Shown here: positions 43,560 through 52,851 of the stretch, one piece after another
Position numbering within the stretch: position 1 is the first letter of the stretch
How the letters are laid out: every line of letters begins with the position of its first letter
Origin: Candidatus Nanohaloarchaea archaeon
Lineage (GTDB): Archaea > Nanohalarchaeota > Nanosalinia > Nanosalinales > Nanosalinaceae
DNA: 64,000 nt
Direction: 5' to 3'
Assembly (NCBI GenBank): GCA_047617745.1
Contig: JBLGBN010000001.1
Location: forward strand, 32,001 to 96,000
The notes under the pieces: generated by a model
Told to the model about the DNA's origin: nothing
Databases searched by the model: none
Seen by the model: the letters and a program-made list of their open reading frames with translations, nothing else
Position numbers and translations under genes: made by a program

Positions 43560-46334
43560 ATGAGAACAAAACTGTTTTTGACCATGGTACTTGTGGCAGC
43601 AATTTCAGGTACAGCCGCAGCAGAACCAACTGTAACACTCGAAGGACCATCAGAATCAACGGTCGGCGATGAGATAAACTTGAATGCTGAAACAGATGAT
43701 AATGTTCAACAGATCTCGATTAACAGAGAGTTAGGGTCAGGCTATTTCTCAGTAGGAACACCGAAAGACTGTGGAGGCTCTTCATGTAGTATTGAAAGAT
43801 CCTATAAGCAGGATGAACAAGGAGAAATCACTTTCAGGGCAAAGATTGAAACATTCGAAGGTAACTACTTCAGCGATACTTTAACGACAACTTTTGAAGA
43901 GAAGAAAGATAACGGAGGTAACGATGGAGACGGCAACGGTGATAAACCTGACGAAGAAGATATCATCGAAAAAGTATACTTCACGAATTCGCCTCCTTCA
44001 AAAGCAGAAGTCGGGGATAAATTTGAAATGTCCGCAACTGTGAAAGGAGACAGCATTCGTAAAGCCTCTATTTCCAAAAAAGTCGGTTCCGGATTCCTCT
44101 CAGTCGATGATCCAGAAAACTGTGGAGGAAGCTCAACCTGTAAGGTATCAGTTACATACAAGGTAAAAGATCACGATTCTGGAGAAACTCTGGAATTTAG
44201 AGCAATAGGCGAAACAGTTGATGAAACCAAAAAATCTTCACCAGAGTACGTGGAAGTTGAAAAGAAGGACGAACCTAATAATGGAGGAGACAACGGGGAT
44301 AAAGGCCCTGATGCTTTCTTCACAGTCTCTGATAGCAGTCCTAGAGTCGGAGAATCTGTAAAGTTCGATGCGTCAGAAAGTACTGGAAAACTCAAGGAGT
44401 ACCGATGGACTTTCCCTGAAGGATCAACAAAGTATGGTAAAACAGTTTACAGATCTTTCAGCTCTACTGGTGAGAAAAAGGTCCGACTGAAGGTCACAGA
44501 TTACGATGGAGATAGAGATACGTACAGCAGAACATTGAATGTTCAGGACCAGGATCAGTGCGGAGTCCACGTCGGATCTCTTAGACTTGATGATTACGAG
44601 GTAGAGGAAGGAGATACAACAGAAGCATCTATCAAAGTCAGCAACACCGGTGACTCCCAAGACTTCAATATCAAGATATTCAGAGAAAGCGAGAAAGTCC
44701 TGGAAAGAAGTACGTCAGTATCACGTAATGGAGAGGAAAGGTTCAATATAGATATAACAGCGAATTCAGATACAGATGTAAGAGCAGAGATAAGAACATC
44801 GGGCGAGCCCTGTGGAAGCCAACTGTTCGAGAGATCGAAAAAACTGGAAGTAGTGGATGATGACGATGACAGAGACGACGGCGAAAGACCAACCGCAAGA
44901 CTGGATATCGATCCGAACAGTGCCGATACAGGGGAAGAAATAGAGTTCGACGCCCGGGGAAGTACTGATCCGGATGGAGACATCGAGGATTACGAGTTCG
45001 ATCTCGATGGCGACGGGGACTATGAGCTAAGTAATGATGATGGAGAAGTTGAGAGAAGCTTCTTTGAAGAGATAGACAGAAGAGCAAAGGTCAGAGTTAT
45101 TGACGAAGACGGTTATACAGACACAGACTCAGAAAGATACAGAGTTAGAGCAGGAAGCAGAGTATCCTTCAGCGACATTGAAATTCCGGACGATGTATGT
45201 GCGGGAGAGAACTTTGAGGTAACATTCACCGCCAGAAACATCGGAGATGATGAGAGGCTCCTGATAGTTGAGGGAGAAGGATTCGGCGACAGAAATAGTT
45301 ACAGCACTCATCTTGAGGAGGACGAAGAAGATGAAGTAACAGTTACATTCACAACTGACGATCCTGGAACAGAGGAGTTCACAATCCGGGCGCTAGGTGG
45401 AAACAGCGATATGATCGAGAACAGTATCGAGGTCCTTGACTGCGGAACAACCGGAGGCCAGGTTTCCGGAATCTCAATGAAAGTCGTACCTGACAGGGTA
45501 AGAGCAGGAGATGCAGTAAAGCTCTCAGGATATGTTGACAACGCCCGGGGTAGAGAGAACGTAAGGATAGAGATGAACAGCCGCAGAATGAAGGAAGTAT
45601 CAACAGAACCTGACGGCTACTACTCGACATACATCTACCCTGAGAGAACCGGCGACCTCCAGCTGACAGCGAAGACGGATAGATACAGAGCTACGAGAGA
45701 CCTGACAGTTCTGCCGACTGTAACAGTTGGCAATATTGACATACCGGAGACGGTGTTCCAGGGAGACGAGATAGAGGTCTGTTCAGAGGTTAACTCTCAG
45801 AACATTCCTGCAGTACTGCTGGTTGTTGATGGAGAGGTAGTTGAATCAAAGAATGAAAGAGGTGATGTCTGCTTTGAGACAACAGCGAAGAAACAGGGAG
45901 AAGTCAACTATGAGATAGTTGGACTTGCAAGAGGGCAGAGAAGTTCCTCACAGAGAGAAGTACAGGTCCACGAGGCAAAGCCAGAGACCTCAAGCTTCCC
46001 TGAGCAGGTTGCATCCGTCGAATCAGGAAGAGGTATCGTGAAGACCACTATCTACAACAATAACGACAGACGGAAGTCCTACTACGTGAACATCAACGGA
46101 CTTCCAGAGACATGGACATCAACAACAGAGAAAGAGGTAGTTCTCCAGCCAGGAGAGGAAAGAGAAGTGTTCTTCTACCTCACCCCTAGAGAAGAAGGAA
46201 GCTATGATCCGCTTGTAACAGTGACAAGCGATCGGGAAATAGTGTACACAGAGGAAGTCAAGGTCGAGGTTGGAGGAACTTCAAAACCCCGAAATCTATC
46301 ACTATTTGAAAGGCTGAAAAATGCCTTTCTATAG
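43560..46334 (+). CDS. Secreted surface protein with PKD and Ig-like domains
   Basis: Sec signal; VKFDASES...YRWTF and FDARGSTDPDGDIEDYEFDLDGDG PKD motifs; duplicated N-terminal Cys-containing domains. Confidence 0.88.
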   Translation: MRTKLFLTMVLVAAISGTAAAEPTVTLEGPSESTVGDEINLNAETDDNVQQISINRELGSGYFSVGTPKDCGGSSCSIERSYKQDEQGEITFRAKIETFEGNYFSDTLTTTFEEKKDNGGNDGDGNGDKPDEEDIIEKVYFTNSPPSKAEVGDKFEMSATVKGDSIRKASISKKVGSGFLSVDDPENCGGSSTCKVSVTYKVKDHDSGETLEFRAIGETVDETKKSSPEYVEVEKKDEPNNGGDNGDKGPDAFFTVSDSSPRVGESVKFDASESTGKLKEYRWTFPEGSTKYGKTVYRSFSSTGEKKVRLKVTDYDGDRDTYSRTLNVQDQDQCGVHVGSLRLDDYEVEEGDTTEASIKVSNTGDSQDFNIKIFRESEKVLERSTSVSRNGEERFNIDITANSDTDVRAEIRTSGEPCGSQLFERSKKLEVVDDDDDRDDGERPTARLDIDPNSADTGEEIEFDARGSTDPDGDIEDYEFDLDGDGDYELSNDDGEVERSFFEEIDRRAKVRVIDEDGYTDTDSERYRVRAGSRVSFSDIEIPDDVCAGENFEVTFTARNIGDDERLLIVEGEGFGDRNSYSTHLEEDEEDEVTVTFTTDDPGTEEFTIRALGGNSDMIENSIEVLDCGTTGGQVSGISMKVVPDRVRAGDAVKLSGYVDNARGRENVRIEMNSRRMKEVSTEPDGYYSTYIYPERTGDLQLTAKTDRYRATRDLTVLPTVTVGNIDIPETVFQGDEIEVCSEVNSQNIPAVLLVVDGEVVESKNERGDVCFETTAKKQGEVNYEIVGLARGQRSSSQREVQVHEAKPETSSFPEQVASVESGRGIVKTTIYNNNDRRKSYYVNINGLPETWTSTTEKEVVLQPGEEREVFFYLTPREEGSYDPLVTVTSDREIVYTEEVKVEVGGTSKPRNLSLFERLKNAFL

Positions 46335-46407
46335 TGGTAAATCGGTTTAACTACCGACCGATATATAAAAATTAATTGAAGTGTTATTACTAGGTGACAA
46401 TTAAACC

Positions 46408-48117
46408 ATGAAATTTCGCAACAAACTCGGATTTATAATAGCAGCAACAGTTTTGATTTCAGGGCTGGTATCAGCAAGCCCTGCAGCCCTAAACCTGTTC
46501 CCAGACAGCTCAAGCACACGAATTGATTCTTTTACAGCGTACGAGCTTGAAGTAGAGAACACAGGTCCGGCCAAAGACGTTTACACACTGAGTTCTTCCA
46601 CTCCAGCAGAAATAACGATCGCACCACAGCAAGTCGAACTGGATTCAGGAGACTCTGAGACAGTCAATGTATGGTTCAATCCAAGAACCGACAGAGATGA
46701 AGGAACCTATTCTTTCCAGCTAACCGCCGAATCAAGAGCAAGCGGCGATCGATTCTCTGAAACCGGAACGGTAGAGATAATCAAGGACCACCAGGTCGAC
46801 CTATCGGTGGAAAACTCAAAGACTGCATGCCTTGGACAGAACGCAGTATACACAGTAGAGGTTGAAAACACAGGTATTCAGCCTGAAGAGTTCTCAGTCT
46901 CATCCGACTTCGGACAGCTATCAAGGAACACTGTCAACCTTGAAGACGGAGAAACAGCAGAACTGACACTTGAAATGTCCTCACAAACACCTGTGGAGAG
47001 AAACTTCCAGGTAGTAGCAGCATCAACAACAAGCTACGCACAGGACATCGAGAACGTACAGTTCAACGCAGAGAACTGCTTCGACTCAGAAGTATCAGTA
47101 ACACCTCAGAACCAGAGAACTGCAGCAGGAACAGAGGCAGAGTTCGAGGTTACAGTTGACAACCTTGGAACAAGAGCAGACGACTTCACAGTTGAAGCAT
47201 CTCAGGGCGAACTTTCCGCAACAAGCTTCAATGTAGACTCTGGAGCAACAGAGACAGTAACCCTGTCAGTAACACCTGAAGAACTTGGAACAAGAGAGAT
47301 CCAGGTTTCAGCTTCAGGAAACTCACAGAGCTCCGATACAGCAACACTCGAAGCCTACAACGGAATGAACTCCGAAATTAGCTTCGAAAACGAAGCAAGA
47401 ACAGTCTGTGAAGACAAATCAACAACATTCACAGCAGAAGTAGAAAACACAGGTGAAGCAGCAGAAACCTTCACACTACAGACAAGTACAGGAGAACTTC
47501 AAACTTCAGAAGTTGAACTCTCACCTGGAGACTCCGAGGAAGTCGAGGTAGAAGTCCCCGAATCAACAGAAGTTGGAACACATGAAGTCACACTAACATC
47601 AACAGCTTCAACATTCGGCGAACCTTCAGCAACATCAACCTCGACACTTACAGTTGAGAACTGCTGGGATCTAGACATGCAGGTTGTACCTGAAGTCGCA
47701 AGCGCAGGAGAAAACAGAAGCGCAATCTACAAGATCCACCTCAACAACACAGGAACAAGAGAGAACACCTACGAACTCTCAAAGGAAGAAGGACCTGAAT
47801 GGGTTTCAATCAGACCTGAAGAAGTAACAGTAGCAGCAGGACAGACAGAAACAGCCTACATCTACGCAGGAGTCCCATTCCAGAAGAAGGGAGAGGTCAA
47901 GATCACAGCCCAAGCACAGGGAACTGACATCACAAGAAGCAAGACAGTCCAGCTCCTCATCGGACAGGACGTAGAGGAATCAATCGAAAGCGAGAGAAAC
48001 TCACTTACCGGAGGATTCATGGACAGAGTATCAGTACCTGAAGGAGAAGCAGGCAGAGCAGGAATAGCCGTAGTAGCAGGAGCAGCAATCACAGCTGCCG
48101 TCCTCTACTTCTTCTAA
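46408..48117 (+). CDS. Membrane-anchored Ig-like repeat protein (COG1470-like), S-layer candidate
   Basis: Sec signal, five ~95-aa repeats with V.NTG...D/E.F/Y.L, C-terminal TM, strong ACA/GAA/GCA codon bias, own TATA and T-tract. Confidence 0.8.
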   Translation: MKFRNKLGFIIAATVLISGLVSASPAALNLFPDSSSTRIDSFTAYELEVENTGPAKDVYTLSSSTPAEITIAPQQVELDSGDSETVNVWFNPRTDRDEGTYSFQLTAESRASGDRFSETGTVEIIKDHQVDLSVENSKTACLGQNAVYTVEVENTGIQPEEFSVSSDFGQLSRNTVNLEDGETAELTLEMSSQTPVERNFQVVAASTTSYAQDIENVQFNAENCFDSEVSVTPQNQRTAAGTEAEFEVTVDNLGTRADDFTVEASQGELSATSFNVDSGATETVTLSVTPEELGTREIQVSASGNSQSSDTATLEAYNGMNSEISFENEARTVCEDKSTTFTAEVENTGEAAETFTLQTSTGELQTSEVELSPGDSEEVEVEVPESTEVGTHEVTLTSTASTFGEPSATSTSTLTVENCWDLDMQVVPEVASAGENRSAIYKIHLNNTGTRENTYELSKEEGPEWVSIRPEEVTVAAGQTETAYIYAGVPFQKKGEVKITAQAQGTDITRSKTVQLLIGQDVEESIESERNSLTGGFMDRVSVPEGEAGRAGIAVVAGAAITAAVLYFF

Positions 48118-48136
48118 CCCTTCAATTTTTTTCTCT

Positions 48137-49138
48137 TTACTTAATCTCCTCAACAAGCATCTTGGCGTTACCAACATTACTGCATTTACTGATATCAGCC
48201 GAGAACCCGATCTGGATAGGACCGGCCGCTCCCTGCGTAACCTCTATAGTACCATCCTGCTTATAGCTGCCTGAACTTGAAAGATCAGAACTATCTACAT
48301 TTCTACCTTTGAAATCTAGATTACCGCTGGAATCAGTGTACCATACACCAACCATTCCCTCCCAGTTCTCAGCCTGGAAATCGACATCTAGCTCCTTGGC
48401 AGCACCGCTTTCATACTCGCTTTCATAGTAAACCTTTCCACACCCCGAATATTCCAGAACCATCTTACCTTCATCATTTACACCATACCTGTCTGGCTCC
48501 ACACTTCCTTCATACGTCCAGTCGCCATGAGGATCTCCAAGATTCGAGGAGCTCTCCATAATTTCCTTGTCCGAGCTCTCAGATCCATCTGAGTCAGAAT
48601 CAGAACTATCTGATCCTGTATCTCCTTCGTTATCTGCATCACCATTAGAAGTATCTTCTTCTGAATCATCAGAACCGGAGTCAGATCCGGAATCCTCGGT
48701 TACGTGGAGTTCGGCTGGTTCCAGAAGTTTATCAGGATTTAATCCAAAGCTAGATCCTCTTTCCTCAATACAGTCGCCGACAGTTTCAACACCTGAGGAT
48801 TCACAGGAGGTTAGAGAAAGTATCATATTTGTCTCAGCAAATGTTAAGTCTCCATCTTCCCTTTCCCTATCATTGTTCAGAGCTTTCCTGGTCAACGTCA
48901 GTATATTATCAAGTCCCTCGAATCCATCACCGCTCAGCACTACATTATTCCAATCTGAACCCACTTCTACACAGAAACTCTCAAAATTTTCTTCGCTTAT
49001 ATCCTGGGACTGGCAGTAATCTGTAGGGCTGAAATCGCTCCTGACATCATCCGGAGTTGAATCAGACCACATGAACAGAGCAGAAGACGAGGAAAAAAGA
49101 AGTATCAGAGCCGTTGCTGAAACAACCAGTTTCTTCAT
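48137..49138 (-). CDS. Secreted protein with S/D-rich linker
   Basis: Signal peptide; first domain repeats the tail of the upstream lipoprotein. Confidence 0.78.
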   Translation of the reverse strand: MKKLVVSATALILLFSSSSALFMWSDSTPDDVRSDFSPTDYCQSQDISEENFESFCVEVGSDWNNVVLSGDGFEGLDNILTLTRKALNNDREREDGDLTFAETNMILSLTSCESSGVETVGDCIEERGSSFGLNPDKLLEPAELHVTEDSGSDSGSDDSEEDTSNGDADNEGDTGSDSSDSDSDGSESSDKEIMESSSNLGDPHGDWTYEGSVEPDRYGVNDEGKMVLEYSGCGKVYYESEYESGAAKELDVDFQAENWEGMVGVWYTDSSGNLDFKGRNVDSSDLSSSGSYKQDGTIEVTQGAAGPIQIGFSADISKCSNVGNAKMLVEEIK

Positions 49139-50253
49139 TCTACCACACAGAACTCATCGTAGTTTTCGGGGCTCTCCTCTTCTGCCCTCGGACAGTAATC
49201 GTCTGCATTGTAGTCCTCTCTGACAGAGTCAGGTGTCGAGTCGCTGAATTCATAATTAGTTGATCCAGAACTATCGTCTGTACTTTCAGTATCTGTGGAA
49301 CTGGCCTCTCCGAACCTGTCGCTTCCGGTTACCGTTACAGAAGTTGATGTTTCCTTTGAGTAGCCGTAGTCCAGAGTCATGACTATAGGTACCTCTTCCT
49401 GTGGGCCTACACCCTGTGACCATCCATCCACTCGAATATCGAAGCAACCGATACCTCTGTTTCCGAATATATTGACTATTGCGGTATTCGAGTTGTCACC
49501 TGTATCTGAGTTTGTGAAGCTAATTCTTCCCTGGTCCTGAACCCTGAGTCTTACCTTGTTTCTCTGATCTTCACCTATTTCCTCATAGTTTCCTTCCTGT
49601 GCATCTTCACTCCAGAAAGGTGTTCCCTGGCCTTCATTCCTTACTATAACACACATTTCTGATTTCCTGTCATTTCCATCGCCGGGGTAGAAGACGATAG
49701 GTGAACGGGTTCTTACCTCCATCTGAACAGGGCCGCTGGTAGTATCAAGAGTTGGTCTTGTAGGATTGCCCTGCTCTCTGAACCGCTGCTGGTCCATGAG
49801 AGTTATGCTGGTGGTTCCCTGGGTCTCGTAATTATAGAATATCTCCGTCATGAACTGATACGGAATTGTGACTCCGTCCTCAAGGCTTGGAGCTTCAAGG
49901 CTCCAGAACTCGGTTGTTTCTCTGGCCGGGAGATTTGCCTCCGGATCAGCCGGTTCAAGTGTTCCGAAACTGACAGTTCTCCCATCGTTTAGATCCCAGG
50001 AACTATCCCCTGAGAAAGGAACATTAAACAGTCTTGCCTCCACATTTTGAGCGGTTGCTTCACCGTTGTTCTGAAGTGTTAGCTCCAGTCTGACATTCTG
50101 GTTGTTGTAAACATCTGTTGGAAAAGCCGAAAAATTATTTATCGAAACGCTAGAAGATGTAGCCTGGTTTGTACTGGTGCTTGCTGTGTGCGCACACCCT
50201 GAAGCTATTACGACAAGTGATAGTACTGCTAAAATATTCTTATTCTCGATCAT
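49135..50253 (-). CDS. Lipoprotein, beta-sandwich family paralogue
   Basis: Lipobox IASGC; FYNYET, SGPVQMEV, LDYGY. Confidence 0.82.
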   Translation of the reverse strand: MIENKNILAVLSLVVIASGCAHTASTSTNQATSSSVSINNFSAFPTDVYNNQNVRLELTLQNNGEATAQNVEARLFNVPFSGDSSWDLNDGRTVSFGTLEPADPEANLPARETTEFWSLEAPSLEDGVTIPYQFMTEIFYNYETQGTTSITLMDQQRFREQGNPTRPTLDTTSGPVQMEVRTRSPIVFYPGDGNDRKSEMCVIVRNEGQGTPFWSEDAQEGNYEEIGEDQRNKVRLRVQDQGRISFTNSDTGDNSNTAIVNIFGNRGIGCFDIRVDGWSQGVGPQEEVPIVMTLDYGYSKETSTSVTVTGSDRFGEASSTDTESTDDSSGSTNYEFSDSTPDSVREDYNADDYCPRAEEESPENYDEFCVVE

Positions 50254-51065
50254 TAGCGGTTAACAACCTCTACATCAAGTGTTGGCGCTTTGACGTATTT
50301 ATAAGATGTGGAAATCACTAGGTTCCTTGTCTGAGAATTCTCCGCCTGAGGGTCTATACTGCAGGAAAATTCGGCTTCCTGTTCCACTAGCGGCTCTTTC
50401 TCTGAAGGGCAGCTGGCGAAAACATCCTCAGGGAAGTATTCGAAAGTATAGTTTGAATCAACTCGCCCGTTACCTGCGCCTCTTACCGTAATTGTCACGG
50501 GAGCTCCCTCAAACTGTACAGGGCTCTCTGTACTTATATCCATCTGCACTTCGCCGTTAGAGAAGCTCTCTTCAACATTATTGGTTTGCTCTATTTCGTC
50601 AAGCGGTTTGAAATGGATTTTTACAGGCTGTTTCGAATTCGAGATATAGGAGTTGTAGGCGAGGTTAAGTTTAACAGGTATAGTCTTCGAATCGAAGTTT
50701 TCAAACTCCTCCTCGGGAGCTGTAATCCGCCAGCTGCACTCAACTGTAGGTATATAGTCTTCTCTGGCGCCATCTATCTCTGAGGAAGACGGTGTACAGC
50801 CCTGTTTTTCCACCTCTAGAACTCCAGTGTTGTAGAGCGAGATATCATCTATCTGGATGCTTTGATCCTGATAATTTTCCAGGCTCAGCGTTATTAATCC
50901 TTGCTGGCCCGGGCTAAGAGCCTTATCTGATATATCGAAAGTAGATATCTGCAAACCCTGTCCAGAAGATCCTGGGCCTTGAGCCGGCGGGGTTATCTGT
51001 GAAGATGTATGCATACATCCGGACGCAACCACCACCAGCCCCAGAGCGATAAACTTTTTATCCAC
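50253..51065 (-). CDS. Lipoprotein, beta-sandwich family paralogue (GTG start)
   Basis: MDKKFIALGLVVVASGC lipobox; TSYKY. Confidence 0.8.
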   Translation of the reverse strand: MDKKFIALGLVVVASGCMHTSSQITPPAQGPGSSGQGLQISTFDISDKALSPGQQGLITLSLENYQDQSIQIDDISLYNTGVLEVEKQGCTPSSSEIDGAREDYIPTVECSWRITAPEEEFENFDSKTIPVKLNLAYNSYISNSKQPVKIHFKPLDEIEQTNNVEESFSNGEVQMDISTESPVQFEGAPVTITVRGAGNGRVDSNYTFEYFPEDVFASCPSEKEPLVEQEAEFSCSIDPQAENSQTRNLVISTSYKYVKAPTLDVEVVNR

Positions 51066-52032
51066 GTGTATCCACCTGTACTGTTCTTTCACCTGCATTT
51101 TTGATGTATGTGTAATCAACCCCTGCAGTTATCTCCGAAAGTACGCTTGGCTGATCGAAATCTTCCGGAACAGGGATATTGCACTGTATCGTCACGCTTC
51201 TCCCCTGGTACATTCGGAAATCTGCGTCAGGCATTTCACACCTTGTACCACTGTAACCTTCAGAAGTCCATTCGCCGTTCTCCACTCTTTCATCAAGATT
51301 CAATGGCTCGGAAGCCTGGATGTAAAATGAATCCTCCTGAATCTCTACTAGACCTTTTCGGTACTCCTCCTGTGGTTCCTCATTAACCAGCTGGATCAGC
51401 AACTGGATCCTGTTATCTCCATCTTCCGCCGCGATATAAGTTCCTGGACGGCCAGTAGCTCCAGCGAGGGTGTCAAGAGACATAACCAGTGGTCCGCTCG
51501 AAGACTCTGAGTTCAGCTGGGGTGACCCCTGAGTATTTCTATCCTGCTTTATTTGAACCTGCCTATAGGCCTCAACACTGTAGTTAAACGGGACGGAGAA
51601 CGATAACCTGCATCTCTTGCCTATTAGAGGTACATTACCTTCCTGTTCAAGCAGCCACCTGATGTCTATTTTCTCTCCAGGTTCAAGCGAATATTTGGCT
51701 CCTTTATCCTGACGGGTTTCAGTAGTTGTCGAGGTTGATGCAGAAAACCTCTGATGGTTATTATTGAATATATCCGGACAGTAATCAGTAAGCATTCGGG
51801 TCCCGTTCTCGCCTACAAGGACTTCAGCTGGCAAGTTACCTGAATTATAAGCAGTTAAAGAAGCTCTTACATTCTGTCCCTCGTATATCTCTGTTGGGTT
51901 AACCTCTAGGCTCTGTATGGTGACTGACTCCGGTCCCTCAGTGACCGTTGTCTCCTCCCCAGAAGCGTGAAGACATCCGGATGCGACTACAGCAAGGAAC
52001 AACAGAGTTAAAACCGTGGTATCCCTTTCCAT
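51058..52032 (-). CDS. Lipoprotein, beta-sandwich family paralogue
   Basis: Lipobox VASGC; PFNYSV, SGPLVMSL, VDYTY. Confidence 0.82.
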   Translation of the reverse strand: MERDTTVLTLLFLAVVASGCLHASGEETTVTEGPESVTIQSLEVNPTEIYEGQNVRASLTAYNSGNLPAEVLVGENGTRMLTDYCPDIFNNNHQRFSASTSTTTETRQDKGAKYSLEPGEKIDIRWLLEQEGNVPLIGKRCRLSFSVPFNYSVEAYRQVQIKQDRNTQGSPQLNSESSSGPLVMSLDTLAGATGRPGTYIAAEDGDNRIQLLIQLVNEEPQEEYRKGLVEIQEDSFYIQASEPLNLDERVENGEWTSEGYSGTRCEMPDADFRMYQGRSVTIQCNIPVPEDFDQPSVLSEITAGVDYTYIKNAGERTVQVDTRG

Positions 52033-52038
52033 ACAATA

Positions 52039-52851
52039 ATGAGTTTGTTTAGCGGGGTTAAAAGCTTTTTACTGCAGAAGTTCTGGCTGCCGATAGTCGA
52101 CGAAACAGTTTTCTACAACCCGTTTAACACCGCTGTCTACTCAGCTGTGTTCGCCCTCGCAGCCGCCTACATCGGTTATCCAACAATCAAGAAACTGAAT
52201 ATCGATCTCAACAGAGAGTTCTTCATCGGGGTCGCTCCCTTTGTATTTCTGGGTGGGTCAATCCGGTCTCTAAAAGATATCAACGCTTTGGAAACTATAC
52301 TATTGGAAACGCCGTTTATCTATTTCCTGATGTTTGGGCTGGTAGTTGGATCTATAGTTTTATCCCGGAAAATTTCCAGCAGAACAGAAAAATCTTACCA
52401 CAGAATACTCTCCGGAATAGGAATTTTTCTGCTCCTTGGCTCACTCAGCTTCTACTCTATAAACAATTTCACAGGTTTCACAGCTATAGTAGCAGTGTTA
52501 GGTGTAACAGCTGTAGCCGGTTATAGCCTGCTCAAACTTTTCAAGCCCGAACTTCTGGAGCCGGAGTTCTACATACCGATCTTCTCACATTACTTTGATG
52601 CTGCGATTACAGGTGTAGCACTGATGTTCCCTGGGACAGCGGAAAAACATGTTCTAGCACGTCTTTTCATAGATATTTTTGGGTCGCTGGGAGGGATGTT
52701 TCTGATGAAAACAATAATCATTGTGCCTGCTGTCTATTACATAATTCAGAATGTAGATGGGGACGAGAAAATGTATTATCTATTCCTGATCTCGGTTCTA
52801 GGATTTGCTATAGGGACGAGAAACATTCTTTCGTTCATCACCCTTTCCTAG
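52039..52851 (+). CDS. DUF63 family membrane protein
   Basis: YNPFNTAVY, PFVFLGGSIRSL.D, TPFIYF, H.FDA, EKHVL, LGFAIGTRN. Confidence 0.85.
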   Translation: MSLFSGVKSFLLQKFWLPIVDETVFYNPFNTAVYSAVFALAAAYIGYPTIKKLNIDLNREFFIGVAPFVFLGGSIRSLKDINALETILLETPFIYFLMFGLVVGSIVLSRKISSRTEKSYHRILSGIGIFLLLGSLSFYSINNFTGFTAIVAVLGVTAVAGYSLLKLFKPELLEPEFYIPIFSHYFDAAITGVALMFPGTAEKHVLARLFIDIFGSLGGMFLMKTIIIVPAVYYIIQNVDGDEKMYYLFLISVLGFAIGTRNILSFITLS

